Source of the DNA: Chthoniobacterales bacterium
GTDB taxonomy: Bacteria > Verrucomicrobiota > Verrucomicrobiia > Chthoniobacterales > JACTMZ01
DNA: 64,000 nucleotides
Direction: 5' to 3'
NCBI GenBank assembly: GCA_044359955.1
Contig: JBIKLF010000001.1
Coordinates: 35,941 to 99,940 of the forward strand
The notes under the pieces were generated by a model, which was not told where the DNA came from, did not search any database, and saw only the letters and a program-made list of their open reading frames with translations. Below, one piece after another: positions 19,155-28,702 of the stretch. Within the stretch, counting starts at the first letter, position 1. The number at the start of each line of letters is the position of its first letter. Both the position numbers and the translations under genes were made by a program.

Positions 19155-19930
19155 TTTCCCTGGAATCGCGGTGGACGTTTTTCTTTGAAAGCGCGGATAC
19201 CCTCGGCGTAATCCTCACTGTCATAAACTTGCCGGCGGATGGCCTGGATCTGCTCGGCTGTCTCCGCATCAATGTGGTGTCCGCGCGAGAGCAGCCGGAA
19301 TTCCGCCTTGATCGAGCGCACGGCGAGCGGCGCGTTGGCCGCGATGGCCTGGCCCAGTGCGAGGGTGAAAGTTTCGAGGTCGTCGGCCGGGACCACGTGG
19401 TTGACGAATCCGTTGTTCCATGCGTCGTCCACACTCACCGGTTGCGCGGTGAAAAACATCTCTTTGGCTTTGTTCACCCCGAGCAGGTTGGTGAAATGAA
19501 TCAGTCCCGACGCGTTGTAAGGGATGCCGATCTTGGCGGGTGTCATGGCGAAGGCGCTGCCCTGCGCGGCGATGATGAGGTCGCACGCGGCGCAGAGGTC
19601 GCAGGCCCCGCCCCAGACGGATCCTTCGACCATGGCGATGACCGGCACCGGACAGTCCTGCACTTTGCGCAACAGGGTCTCGAGTGCGTCGAAATAGCCG
19701 AGCGGGTCCCGCCGGGGTTCCGGGATTTCATTGATGTCATGACCGGCCGACCAAACTTTGCTCCCGGGCGCGGCACGGATGACCAGGACGCGGAGATCCT
19801 CAGCCACCATGGCATCGAGCGCGTCCATCATCTCCCGCATCAACTCGCCATTGAGACAATTGTGCTTCTCCGCACGGTTCAATTGCAAAATCCCGATCCG
19901 GTCCGAAGTTGATCGCAGGACGAGTGACAT
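19151..19930 (-). CDS. enoyl-CoA hydratase/isomerase (crotonase) family protein
   Basis: 259 aa with the crotonase fold pattern (LNRAEKHNCL, VWSAGHDI, VEGSVWGGA). Confidence 0.85.
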   Translation of the reverse strand: MSLVLRSTSDRIGILQLNRAEKHNCLNGELMREMMDALDAMVAEDLRVLVIRAAPGSKVWSAGHDINEIPEPRRDPLGYFDALETLLRKVQDCPVPVIAMVEGSVWGGACDLCAACDLIIAAQGSAFAMTPAKIGIPYNASGLIHFTNLLGVNKAKEMFFTAQPVSVDDAWNNGFVNHVVPADDLETFTLALGQAIAANAPLAVRSIKAEFRLLSRGHHIDAETAEQIQAIRRQVYDSEDYAEGIRAFKEKRPPRFQGK

Positions 19931-19970
19931 GATCTCCCTTGGCTAGTCTCCACGGGGCGCGGAGTAAAGT

Positions 19971-21551
19971 TCAGTTGCCGCCGTCCGTCGGCAACTGCGG
20001 CAGAACTTGCAGCGCCTCGTCCCGCCCGGCCGCGTTGCCGAGTTCCTCTTCCATCACCGCGAGATTGCGCACGGACCCCGGCGTCGCGCGAAGCATGACC
20101 GAGCGGCGCATCAACGCGGCCGCTTCGGTGCGTCGCCCGAGTTTCCATACCATGACGGCCAGATCGTTGTAGGCCTCCGCGCTGTCCGGTCGCCGGGCAA
20201 TGACTTCGCGCATGAGGATCTCTCCTTCCGCGGTGCGCCCCCGATCGTCGAGGGCCGACGCGTAATTATGTTTGGCCTTCCAGCTCCCCGGATTCGTCTC
20301 GAGTGTCGCGGCAAAAAGTTTCAAGTCCTCGGACCAGACCGGCAGGCGCTGCACGGTGAGGGCCAGCAACACCAGGACCCATGCGCCGGCCAGCGCCAGG
20401 ACCCATGTCCTCCGCGTCCGTGCCACGATCATGGCGAGGGCCAGGGCCGGCCCGAAGAGCGCGAAATACGCGTAGCGGTCGGCCACTGTGCTCACCACCT
20501 GGAAGTTGAATGGCACCAATCCGAGCGTAGGCAGCAGGGCCGCGGCAAAGACGAGGAACGGCACCAGGTAAACGCGCAGCGGTCTGACCGCGGCCAGCAC
20601 GCCTCCCAGCGCCGCGGGCGGCAACCACATCCACCAGAGCCAACCGGCCGCGAGCGCGGCATCCGGCGAACGCCCATAATCCGCAGCCAATCCGACCGGA
20701 ACCAAAGTCTTTATCACGTAAAACCCCAGCGCATCGCCCGCGACCAAAGGACGCATTCCCAGCGGAACCAGCCCGACCGCCAGTTCCGCGGCCCATTGCG
20801 CCCTGCTGGTCAAGAAGACCCAGAGCAGTCCGATGAGCAACCACGGCCCGAGCACGGCGAACATTGGCCGTGCCTTCCAACGAAACGGCAGCACGGCGAG
20901 AATGCCTCCCACCAGCGGTAAGGCCACCCCGGCGGGTTTGGCCGCGAGCGAGGCGACATAGAGCAGGGTCGCGGCCAGCACGCGCGCCCGGGTCGGACGC
21001 TCCGCGCCGAACAAAACCACCAACGAGGCCAAGCCAAAACATCCCCCGAGCACATCACGCAATCCCGAGATCCACGCCACCGGTTCGACTTGCAGCGGAT
21101 GCAGGGCAAAAAACGCCGCCCCCAGCGCGGATCCTGCGCTGATCCGACCGACCGCTGCACCCGGCGCGAATCTCGTCGTGATGCGGCGCAACAACACAAA
21201 GGCCAACAGGGCCGACGCGGTGTGTGCCGCCACATTTGCCCCGTGAAACCACGCCGCGTTCAGCGCGCCGCTCGAGAGCGGCAAGCCATCCGCCCAGCGC
21301 GAAAGCACGGCCAAACCCGCCCAGACCGAGTAAGTCAGCGGGACATACAATTGTTGATAAGGTCCCGCCCAGAATGCCCCGATTCCCGCCCAAGTCAGGT
21401 CGGCCAGATGCGGGTTGGCGTGCACATGGATGTCGTCGTCCCAGAAGGGAAAAAACGGAAACCGCAAGGTCGGCAGAAAAACAGCCAGCGTGGCCCCGGC
21501 GGTCAGCAACCCCCAAGCCCACACCGGCGTCCGTTGCATGATACCCTTCAC
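19971..21551 (-). CDS. multi-pass membrane protein with C-terminal TPR repeats (GT-C / PMT-TMTC-like)
   Basis: About 10 TM segments with an early FWDDD loop motif, followed by TPR-like repeats (AEAYNDLAVMVWKLGR). Confidence 0.6.
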   Translation of the reverse strand: MKGIMQRTPVWAWGLLTAGATLAVFLPTLRFPFFPFWDDDIHVHANPHLADLTWAGIGAFWAGPYQQLYVPLTYSVWAGLAVLSRWADGLPLSSGALNAAWFHGANVAAHTASALLAFVLLRRITTRFAPGAAVGRISAGSALGAAFFALHPLQVEPVAWISGLRDVLGGCFGLASLVVLFGAERPTRARVLAATLLYVASLAAKPAGVALPLVGGILAVLPFRWKARPMFAVLGPWLLIGLLWVFLTSRAQWAAELAVGLVPLGMRPLVAGDALGFYVIKTLVPVGLAADYGRSPDAALAAGWLWWMWLPPAALGGVLAAVRPLRVYLVPFLVFAAALLPTLGLVPFNFQVVSTVADRYAYFALFGPALALAMIVARTRRTWVLALAGAWVLVLLALTVQRLPVWSEDLKLFAATLETNPGSWKAKHNYASALDDRGRTAEGEILMREVIARRPDSAEAYNDLAVMVWKLGRRTEAAALMRRSVMLRATPGSVRNLAVMEEELGNAAGRDEALQVLPQLPTDGGN

Positions 21552-21666
21552 CGCTCCCTTCTCGCACAGATTCTATCCTGAAATCCACCTCTCCTGGAGA
21601 ATCGGCTTTTCTTGTCTGTCCTTTTGCTTTTCAACTCTGCGTTCTGAAAACAACGACAGACCTGAC

Positions 21667-22518
21667 ATGAACGACATAACCACGCCTCATTCCTCCCGCC
21701 TTTCCTTGGTGCTCGCCCTTGTTGCTTTGGCCGGCGTTCTTTTGCTCTTTTTTCTGTATCTGGGACAGCGCGGCACCGCCCGCGAGTTGCGCGCCATGAT
21801 CCTCAACGAGCGGGCCAATGCCGCGCTCAATGCCAATGCCGGCGCCGATGCCGAAGTTCTCCTCGCCGAGGTTTTCGAACTCAATCCCGACACGCCGGCC
21901 GTCTGGCGCCGCCGCGCCATCGCCCGCATGATGGCCGGACAAACCTTCGAGGCCATCACCGCCGCGAAAGAGCACCTCGCGGCCAACCCCGGCGACACCG
22001 GCATGTCCGCTCTCCTCGGAGCGGCGCAGATCCTGTCGAAAGATTACGACGGGGCCGACCAGACATTGACCTCCGCGCTGCAGACTGCACCCAACCAGCG
22101 CGACATCGTGCAGAATCTCTCCGAACTGCGCCGCCTGCAGAAACGTCCGGCCGATGCCGCCGTGCTTATTGACGGTTTCCTCGCGCAGAATCCGACCGAC
22201 GGCTTCTTCCAATTCAAGCGCGCCATGGCCGACGTGGCCGGCGACCTGACCACCCAGCGCCGCAAGGAAATCGCCGACGCCATCGAATCCGGCAACGCCA
22301 CCGCCGGCATCTGCGTCGTCGCCGCCGCCATCGACTTCCGCGACGGCAAACCCGATGCCGCGCGCGAAAAACTCGAGTTGGCCAACCAGCGCGCCACGGC
22401 GCAAGACATGCGCACCATGCTCGAAGACGAATACTTCCGCGACCACATCCAGTTCAATCAGCCCGGCGCCCCGGCCGCCGCGCCCGTGGCCGCTCCGGCT
22501 CAAGGCACGGACAACTAA
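21667..22518 (+). CDS. membrane-anchored TPR-like repeat protein
   Basis: A single N-terminal TM (LSLVLALVALAGVLLLFFLYL) followed by helical repeats. Start trimmed from 21415. Confidence 0.5.
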   Translation: MNDITTPHSSRLSLVLALVALAGVLLLFFLYLGQRGTARELRAMILNERANAALNANAGADAEVLLAEVFELNPDTPAVWRRRAIARMMAGQTFEAITAAKEHLAANPGDTGMSALLGAAQILSKDYDGADQTLTSALQTAPNQRDIVQNLSELRRLQKRPADAAVLIDGFLAQNPTDGFFQFKRAMADVAGDLTTQRRKEIADAIESGNATAGICVVAAAIDFRDGKPDAAREKLELANQRATAQDMRTMLEDEYFRDHIQFNQPGAPAAAPVAAPAQGTDN

Positions 22519-22709
22519 GCTGGAGCAATCCGGTTGAGATCAGCGCGTAGGGTTGATCATCCGTGGATTCACGCGGCCGCAAGGATTCTTACTCAGGTCG
22601 AACCGTCCCTGCCGCCGAGGGCAGCAGGTGGATTTTCGGGGTCTCGGCGGGTGCGGGGTGAACTTTGCGCTCGCGCGCCACAAGACAAAACGCGATATAG
22701 CGCAGCTGC

Positions 22710-23330
22710 ATGAAAACTCATCGCCTTCTCTCCTTCGCCACGCTGTTGCTGGCGTCCACCCTCCTCACCGGCTGCGGCTACAACCGCCTAGTCAGTCTCA
22801 AGCAGCAGACCGACAGCAGTTGGGCGGACGTGGAAAATGTCTACCAGCGCCGCGCGGATCTCGTGCCCAATCTGGTCAAAACGGTGGAAGGCGCGGCCAA
22901 CTTCGAGAAGGACACGCTGACCCAGGTCATCCAAGCACGTCAGCAGGTGAACAATATCAAAGTGGATCCGAATTCCCCGCCGGCCACGCCCGAAGCGATG
23001 GCGGCTTTCCAGCAGACGCAGGACCAACTTTCGTCGGCGCTGTCGCGTTTGTTGGTCACGGTGGAGCGCTATCCGGACATCAAGGCCAACGCGAATTTCC
23101 GCGATCTGCAGGCGCAACTCGAGGGGACGGAGAACCGCATCACGGTGGAGCGGCGCAAGTTCAACGAGTCCGTGCAGCAATACAACACGGCGACGAAACA
23201 GTTTCCGACGGTCATCTACTCGGGTTTTCTCGGATTCAAGGAACGTCCATATTTCGCGGCGCGGGCCGGAGCGGATCAAGCACCGGAGGTGGATTTTAAT
23301 TTCGGCGGGTCAGGTGCGCCGGGGTCATGA
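22710..23330 (+). CDS. lemA: LemA family protein
   Basis: Lipoprotein-type signal (LLTGCGYN) and the LemA signature (SWADVENVYQRRADLVPNLV, VERRKFNE). Confidence 0.9.
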   Translation: MKTHRLLSFATLLLASTLLTGCGYNRLVSLKQQTDSSWADVENVYQRRADLVPNLVKTVEGAANFEKDTLTQVIQARQQVNNIKVDPNSPPATPEAMAAFQQTQDQLSSALSRLLVTVERYPDIKANANFRDLQAQLEGTENRITVERRKFNESVQQYNTATKQFPTVIYSGFLGFKERPYFAARAGADQAPEVDFNFGGSGAPGS

Positions 23331-23392
23331 GGGATTAGAGCGTTTTCGGCGAAGCTTTTTACAAGCGCTCCAGCGGTTTTGCAGAGAAGTGG

Positions 23393-24776
23393 CACGGGCA
23401 TCTTGCCCATAGGCATATACCTAAGAGCGGGACACCTTCCTAAGGCGCCTAATTTGTCTTCGGCGGCGCGGGCGGTCTTCGCGGAATGCGCGGTGACTTC
23501 TGCGCAACTTTCCGAGCTCATCAAGCCGCAGAGGCATGGCCAGAACACTGACCACCGCATCACGCACTTCTTTAAAGAGTGTCCACTGCCGCAAATCTTC
23601 ACAGTCGATAACCCCATGGGGAAAAAAAACGCTCCTCGCACATCAACCGTTCCAATAGCAACGCCGTGAGGATCTTGCCCTGCATCCAAGCTTGGGCAGA
23701 GTCCTGCTTCTTTTTCGGCAACTGCCCCAGCATGAGTAGGCTTTTGAGCCTTTTGAAAGCCAACTCCACTTGCCACCGTGCCCGATAAAACTCCAGCGCC
23801 ACCCGCGCACTCATTTCCCCCGCCGGCACCGTGCAGATCACGACGATGAACTCCGCATATTCCAGCGTCGATGGTTTCACCTGCTCGAACCGCTCCCTCA
23901 TCTTGGCTTTGATCTTGCGCCGCGTCCGCTCCGCCTGCTCCGGAGTTTTGCGCAGCGCACAGACCCTGGCCTGCATCCTTTTGTTTCCGGCCAGAAACGA
24001 CACCGGCCAATGCCCGATCTTTCCCAGCGGTATGGCCCGCAGCCGCTTGAGTAAATCGAAGGTTTTGCCCGCGGCGCTGAGCAGCGGAAAACTCGTGCTG
24101 TGGTAACGCAGGATGACGTCGGCCCCCGCATCCATGATCCGCCCGACGGCTTGGCGATCGTTGTAGCCACGGTCCACCAGCACCAGGTCGCCGGGCTGGA
24201 CCGGCAACCGCCGCAAACTCTCCCCACCGCGCTTGTCGGTTAGTTCGAAAAAATCGCAACACATCTCCGGCAACCGAAGGCTGTAGTGAATACGCCAATC
24301 GACACCCGTCGATCCCGGCTCCTGAATGTCGGTCGCATCCAGAATGCGAACGCTGCGCCCGAAGCTCCAGCAATCCCCAGCCTCCCGCAGCAGTGGTCGA
24401 ATCCCCTCCAAGAGATGCCCGGTCAGCGCAGCAAGCCAGCGGTGTGAGGTACAGAGCCTCTTGTGCAAGGCCATGGCATTGAGTTTGGGTAATCCTTGGG
24501 CTTCGGCCCGCGCCACCGTTTGTTCCAGGGAAAGCCCTCCGGCAATATGCATGAGTAAAAGCCGCAAGAGATCCTCGCCATGTTGGACCTGCCCGCGTTT
24601 GCGACGCATGGCCCCGGCGGCCCGCGCACTGCTGTCCAGGTCCTCCGGAAGAAACCGGCGAAGTATTTCCCACTGCCCTGCGTAAACGGCCTGTGAATCG
24701 CTCATCCATGGAGTCTGCAACGCTGATAACGGAAAGAAAAGCTCTTAGGTATATGCCTATGGGCATCTTGCCCGTG
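23393..24776 (-). mobile_element. IS4-family insertion sequence with 36-bp terminal inverted repeats
   Basis: Left end 23393-23428 reads CACGGGCATCTTGCCCATAGGCATATACCTAAGAGC. Right end 24741-24776 is its reverse complement except for the 3-nt hairpin loop. It encloses a single DDE transposase gene. Confidence 0.85.
23599..24720 (-). CDS. IS4-family DDE transposase
   Basis: 373 aa with VLVDRGY (second D) and the YRARWQVELAFKRLKS (Y-R-E-K) signature. Confidence 0.9.
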   Translation of the reverse strand: MQTPWMSDSQAVYAGQWEILRRFLPEDLDSSARAAGAMRRKRGQVQHGEDLLRLLLMHIAGGLSLEQTVARAEAQGLPKLNAMALHKRLCTSHRWLAALTGHLLEGIRPLLREAGDCWSFGRSVRILDATDIQEPGSTGVDWRIHYSLRLPEMCCDFFELTDKRGGESLRRLPVQPGDLVLVDRGYNDRQAVGRIMDAGADVILRYHSTSFPLLSAAGKTFDLLKRLRAIPLGKIGHWPVSFLAGNKRMQARVCALRKTPEQAERTRRKIKAKMRERFEQVKPSTLEYAEFIVVICTVPAGEMSARVALEFYRARWQVELAFKRLKSLLMLGQLPKKKQDSAQAWMQGKILTALLLERLMCEERFFSPWGYRL

Positions 24777-24788
24777 ATCACTGGACAT

Positions 24789-24811
24789 CATCGGCAGGAT
24801 GCCGATGCCAC
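24789..24811 (-). repeat. REP-like hairpin resembling the IS4 terminal hairpin
   Basis: The minus strand reads GTGGCATCGGCATCCTGCCGATG (8-bp stem). 18 of 22 positions match the IS left-end sequence GTGGCACGGGCATCTTGCCCAT. Confidence 0.6.
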
Positions 24812-24936
24812 GTAGTCAAACCCCGATGGATCAAAGGAGACAGCGTAAAGACTCGTATCGCAAACGCTCTAAAGCCGGGATGGAGGTGGATCGCGTTTAG
24901 GGAGGACCGGGTCGGCGCGTTCCCGTCGCGGTGCGC

Positions 24937-26451
24937 CTACTCCCACTCGATGCCGGCGGGGGGTTTGGTGGAGATGTCGTAGAGGACGCGGTTGATGCCG
25001 GGAACGCGGTTGAGGATGTCCTTGGAGACGCGGGCCAGCACTTCGGCCGGCAGCGGGACCCAGTCGGCGGTCATGGCATCGACGCTGGTCACGGCGCGGA
25101 GGCTGACCGCCTCCTCGTAGGTGCGCTCGTCGCCTTTGACCCCGACGGTGCGGACGGGCAGGAGTGCGGTGCCGGCTTGCCAGACTTTGTCATAGCATCC
25201 GCTGCGTTTCAGCTCGCCGATGAAAATGGCATCGGCCGCGCGGCAGACCTCGAGGCGGGCGGGGGTGATTTCTCCGATGACGCGGACGGCCAGTCCGGGG
25301 CCGGGGAAGGGGTGGCGGTGGAGCATGTCGTGCGGAATGTTGAGGGCCGCGCCGAGTTCGCGGACTTCATCCTTGAAGAGTTCGGCCAGGGGTTCGAGGA
25401 GACGTCCTTCGGCCTGCAGTTCGAGGATGCGGTTGACGCGGTTGTGATGTGTTTTGATCCGCGAGGCTTTGGATCCGCTGGTGGCGCTTTCAATCACGTC
25501 GGGGTAAAGCGTGCCTTGGGCGAGGAGCTCGATTTGTCCGGCATGACTAAAAAAAACGTCGATGAATTCATCGCCGATGCGGCGGCGTTTTTCTTCCGGA
25601 TCGGTGATGCCGGCCAGGCGGCCGAGGAACCGGTCGGTCGCATCAACCCGGTCGATGCCGATGCCGAGCCGCTGGAATTGCGCGACCACCTCGTCGCCCT
25701 CGTCGCGGCGGAGGAGCCCGTTGTCGACAAAGATGGGATGCATATCGGCGCCGGTTTCCTTGAGCAGCATGGCGAGCACGGTGGAATCAACGCCTCCGGA
25801 AACCGCGCAGACCACTTTGCGTCCGGCGACCTGTTCGCGGGTCTCGGCGATGAGCTGTTCCTTGAAGCGGTCCATGGTGAAAGCGGGCGCTTCGCCGGAG
25901 AGTTCGAGGAAGTTGCGCAGAATTTCCGTGCCGTATTCGGTGTGGCTGACTTCGGGGTGGAATTGGATGCCGAAGAAGCGATCGTTCCAGCGCACGGCCA
26001 CCGGTGTGCCGCGCGGGTTGACCGCGAGCACCTCGCAGCCGGGCGGCAATTCGGAGACGCTGTCCGAATGGCTCATCCAGATGGTGCTCTGCGCCGGGAG
26101 ATTCTTGAGCAGGGCATCGGGGTGTCGCACGTCCATGGTGACCGGCCCGTATTCCCGGTCGCCGCAGTGCGCCACGGTGCCGCCGAATTTGCGGTTGAGC
26201 AGTTGCATGCCGTAGCAGACGCCGAGGACGGGGCAGCCGAGTGACTGCAGGCGGTCGAAATCAACGTCGGGGGCCCCGGGTTCGTTGACCCGGGCGGGTC
26301 CGCCCGAAAGCACGACGGCCGCGGGGCGGTCGAGGTCATCCCAATGCCCCGGCAGGTAGAGTTTGGCGAAGTAGCCGAGTCCGCGCAGGCGGCGGACGAT
26401 GAGTTGGGAGTATTGGGAGCCGTAGTCGATGACGGCGATTTGGGTGCGCAT
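24937..26451 (-). CDS. guaA: GMP synthase (glutamine-hydrolysing)
   Basis: 504 aa with a GATase domain (GVCYGMQ), the ATP-PPase SGGVDS motif, and C-terminal PPAGIEWE. Confidence 0.95.
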   Translation of the reverse strand: MRTQIAVIDYGSQYSQLIVRRLRGLGYFAKLYLPGHWDDLDRPAAVVLSGGPARVNEPGAPDVDFDRLQSLGCPVLGVCYGMQLLNRKFGGTVAHCGDREYGPVTMDVRHPDALLKNLPAQSTIWMSHSDSVSELPPGCEVLAVNPRGTPVAVRWNDRFFGIQFHPEVSHTEYGTEILRNFLELSGEAPAFTMDRFKEQLIAETREQVAGRKVVCAVSGGVDSTVLAMLLKETGADMHPIFVDNGLLRRDEGDEVVAQFQRLGIGIDRVDATDRFLGRLAGITDPEEKRRRIGDEFIDVFFSHAGQIELLAQGTLYPDVIESATSGSKASRIKTHHNRVNRILELQAEGRLLEPLAELFKDEVRELGAALNIPHDMLHRHPFPGPGLAVRVIGEITPARLEVCRAADAIFIGELKRSGCYDKVWQAGTALLPVRTVGVKGDERTYEEAVSLRAVTSVDAMTADWVPLPAEVLARVSKDILNRVPGINRVLYDISTKPPAGIEWE

Positions 26452-26456
26452 GGAAG

Positions 26457-27914
26457 TCAGGACGAGTGATAGTTGACCGGTTCTTCGGTGATGGTGACGT
26501 CGTGCGGATGGCTTTCCCGCAATCCGGCCGCAGTGACTTGCATGAAGGTGGCTTTGCCGCGCAATTCTTCAAGGTTCGCCGCGCCGACGTAGCCCATGCC
26601 GGCCCGGAGTCCGCCCATGAGATGGAAGACGAGTTCGCCGAGCGCTCCGCGGTAAGGAATGCGGGCCTCGACGCCTTCGGGGACGAATTTGGCGGCGCCT
26701 TCTTGGCCGTAACGGTCGCGGGAGCCCTTGGCCAAAGCCCCGGCCGACCCCATTCCGCGGTATTCTTTGAAAGTGCGACCCTGCCAGCGGGCGAGCTTGC
26801 CGGGACTTTCTTCGGTGCCGGCGAGGAGCGAGCCGAGCATGACCGCATCCGCCCCGGCGGCGAGGGCTTTAACGATGTCGCCGGAGTAACGGATGCCGCC
26901 GTCGGCGATGAGCGGAATGCCGCGTTCGCGGCAGACGCGCGAAACGGTGCGGATGGCGGTGAATTGCGGTGTGCCGACGCCCGCGATGACCCGCGTGGTG
27001 CAGATCGAGCCGGGGCCGACGCCGACCTTGATTGCGGCGGCGCCGGCGGCAATGAGATCCGCTGCTCCTTCCGCGGTGACCACGTTGCCGGCGATGACCG
27101 GGATGCCGGGCCAGCGGCCGGCGCACTTTTCGAGCTGGGCGAGCAGGGATTCGGTGTGGCCGGTCGCGGCGTCGATGGCGATGACATCGCAGCCGGCCTC
27201 GACCAGAGCATCACCCGCTTCGAGCGCGCGCGGTCCCACGCCGATGGCCGCGCCGACACGAAGGCGTCCCTCGCCGTCCTTGCTCGCTTGTCCATGCTGC
27301 ATGGTTTTGACGATATCCGAGGCGGTCATCAGTCCGACGAGGTGGCCGTCCGGATCGATGAGCGGCAATTTTTCGATGCGGTGACGGTGGAGGATGGCCT
27401 TGGCTTCCGCTTGGGTGCAGCCGGGAGAAGCGGTGACGAGCCGTTCGCGCGGGGTCATGACATTGCGCACGAGAATAGTTTCATCTTCTTCGACCCAGAT
27501 GTCGCGGCGGGTCACGACGCCGAGCACGAGATTTTTCCCGTCGACCACGGGAAAGCCCTCGATGCCGGTCTCGCGCATGCGGCGGCGGAGTTGGCCGAGG
27601 GTGGTTTCGGGGGAGACGGTTTCGGGATGGGTGATGACGATGTTTTCCGCGCGTTTGACCCGGCGGACCATGGCGATCTGTTTTTCCAGCGGGCAGTTGC
27701 GGTGGATGATGCCGATGCCGCCCTCCCGGGCGAGGGCCATGGCCAACCGCTCCTCGGAGACGGTATCCATGGCGGCGGAAACCACGGGGATGGCCAGGCG
27801 GATGTCGCGGGTCAGGTGGGTGGAGAGGTCGGCCTGGGCGGGGAGGACCCCGCTGCGCCCCGGCACGATGGTGACGTCGTCAAAACTCAGGCCGATGGGA
27901 AGTTGGTCGTTCAT
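26457..27914 (-). CDS. guaB: IMP dehydrogenase
   Basis: 485 aa with a CBS pair insert and the GPGSICTTR catalytic loop. Confidence 0.95.
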   Translation of the reverse strand: MNDQLPIGLSFDDVTIVPGRSGVLPAQADLSTHLTRDIRLAIPVVSAAMDTVSEERLAMALAREGGIGIIHRNCPLEKQIAMVRRVKRAENIVITHPETVSPETTLGQLRRRMRETGIEGFPVVDGKNLVLGVVTRRDIWVEEDETILVRNVMTPRERLVTASPGCTQAEAKAILHRHRIEKLPLIDPDGHLVGLMTASDIVKTMQHGQASKDGEGRLRVGAAIGVGPRALEAGDALVEAGCDVIAIDAATGHTESLLAQLEKCAGRWPGIPVIAGNVVTAEGAADLIAAGAAAIKVGVGPGSICTTRVIAGVGTPQFTAIRTVSRVCRERGIPLIADGGIRYSGDIVKALAAGADAVMLGSLLAGTEESPGKLARWQGRTFKEYRGMGSAGALAKGSRDRYGQEGAAKFVPEGVEARIPYRGALGELVFHLMGGLRAGMGYVGAANLEELRGKATFMQVTAAGLRESHPHDVTITEEPVNYHSS

Positions 27915-28702
27915 TAGTCATGGGCCGGAAAGCGTCCGGCAGCGCGGTTGATGGTGCGGCGGAATTCATCGGCCGCCCGCGCGATCTGCGCGGGGCCGTC
28001 TGCCGGGTAAAGAATGGAACGTGAGGCGTTGACCAACCAAGGCGCTTGCCGCGCACCGAGTCCGGCCAACGCCTCGGCATCACCGCCTTGCGCCCCGAGG
28101 CCGGGCACAAGCAGCGGGATGTCGGGCAACGCGGCAAAGTCGGCCGCAGTCAGGTGGGTGAGCCCCATCACGGCGCCAAGGGTGGCCGGGCCGAGGGAAG
28201 TTTCCCGGCAAAGATCGACGAAAACGCGCCAGAGAGGACGGTCGCCGAGGTCCCGGGCGAGAAAGTCGGCCGAACCCTGGTTGGAGGTGAGCCCGAGCAG
28301 ATAGGCGCCTTTGGTTTCATCGGTCAGAAAGGGACGCAGCGAGTCGCGTCCGAGCAGGGCGTTGAGGGTGACCGCGTCGGCGCGCATGACTTCGAAGTAG
28401 GCGCGGGCATACATGGCCTGCGTGTCGGGAATGTCCGAGCGTTTGGCGTCGAGAATGACCGGGATGCCGGCGGGCACCATGTCGCGCAGACCTTCGACCA
28501 GGCGGTAGCCGTCGGATCCCATGGCTTCGAAGAAAGCGATGTTGGGTTTGTAGGCGGCGGCATAGGCCGCGGTCTCGCCGATGACGCGCCGCAGGAAGTC
28601 GGCAACCGATCCGTCAATTTTTCCCGGCAGCGGATCCAGCCCGACGCAAAGATGCGAGCAGCGTGTCTCGATGGATTGCCTCAGCAGTTCGCGATAAGTC
28701 AT
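27914..28702 (-). CDS. pyrF: orotidine 5'-phosphate decarboxylase (type 2)
   Basis: MTYRELL start with the LCVGLDP and ILDAKRSDIPDT motifs. Start trimmed from 28945. The stop overlaps the guaB ATG (TAATG). Confidence 0.9.
   Translation of the reverse strand: MTYRELLRQSIETRCSHLCVGLDPLPGKIDGSVADFLRRVIGETAAYAAAYKPNIAFFEAMGSDGYRLVEGLRDMVPAGIPVILDAKRSDIPDTQAMYARAYFEVMRADAVTLNALLGRDSLRPFLTDETKGAYLLGLTSNQGSADFLARDLGDRPLWRVFVDLCRETSLGPATLGAVMGLTHLTAADFAALPDIPLLVPGLGAQGGDAEALAGLGARQAPWLVNASRSILYPADGPAQIARAADEFRRTINRAAGRFPAHD

Noticed and set aside
22519-22709. Possible tRNA or small RNA in the gap upstream of lemA (contains ggtcgaacc)
   Set aside because: No cloverleaf arms or T-loop consensus could be built. 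I treat it as ordinary promoter/leader sequence.
23276-24781. 501-aa minus-strand ORF spanning the IS
   Set aside because: It is in a different frame from the recognisable IS4 transposase, runs through both terminal repeats and the lemA end, and has a junk-like composition.
24931-27917. 437-aa and 483-aa plus-strand ORFs (24931..26244 and 26466..27917)
   Set aside because: They are mirror-frame artefacts opposite guaA and guaB, which have unmistakable motifs.
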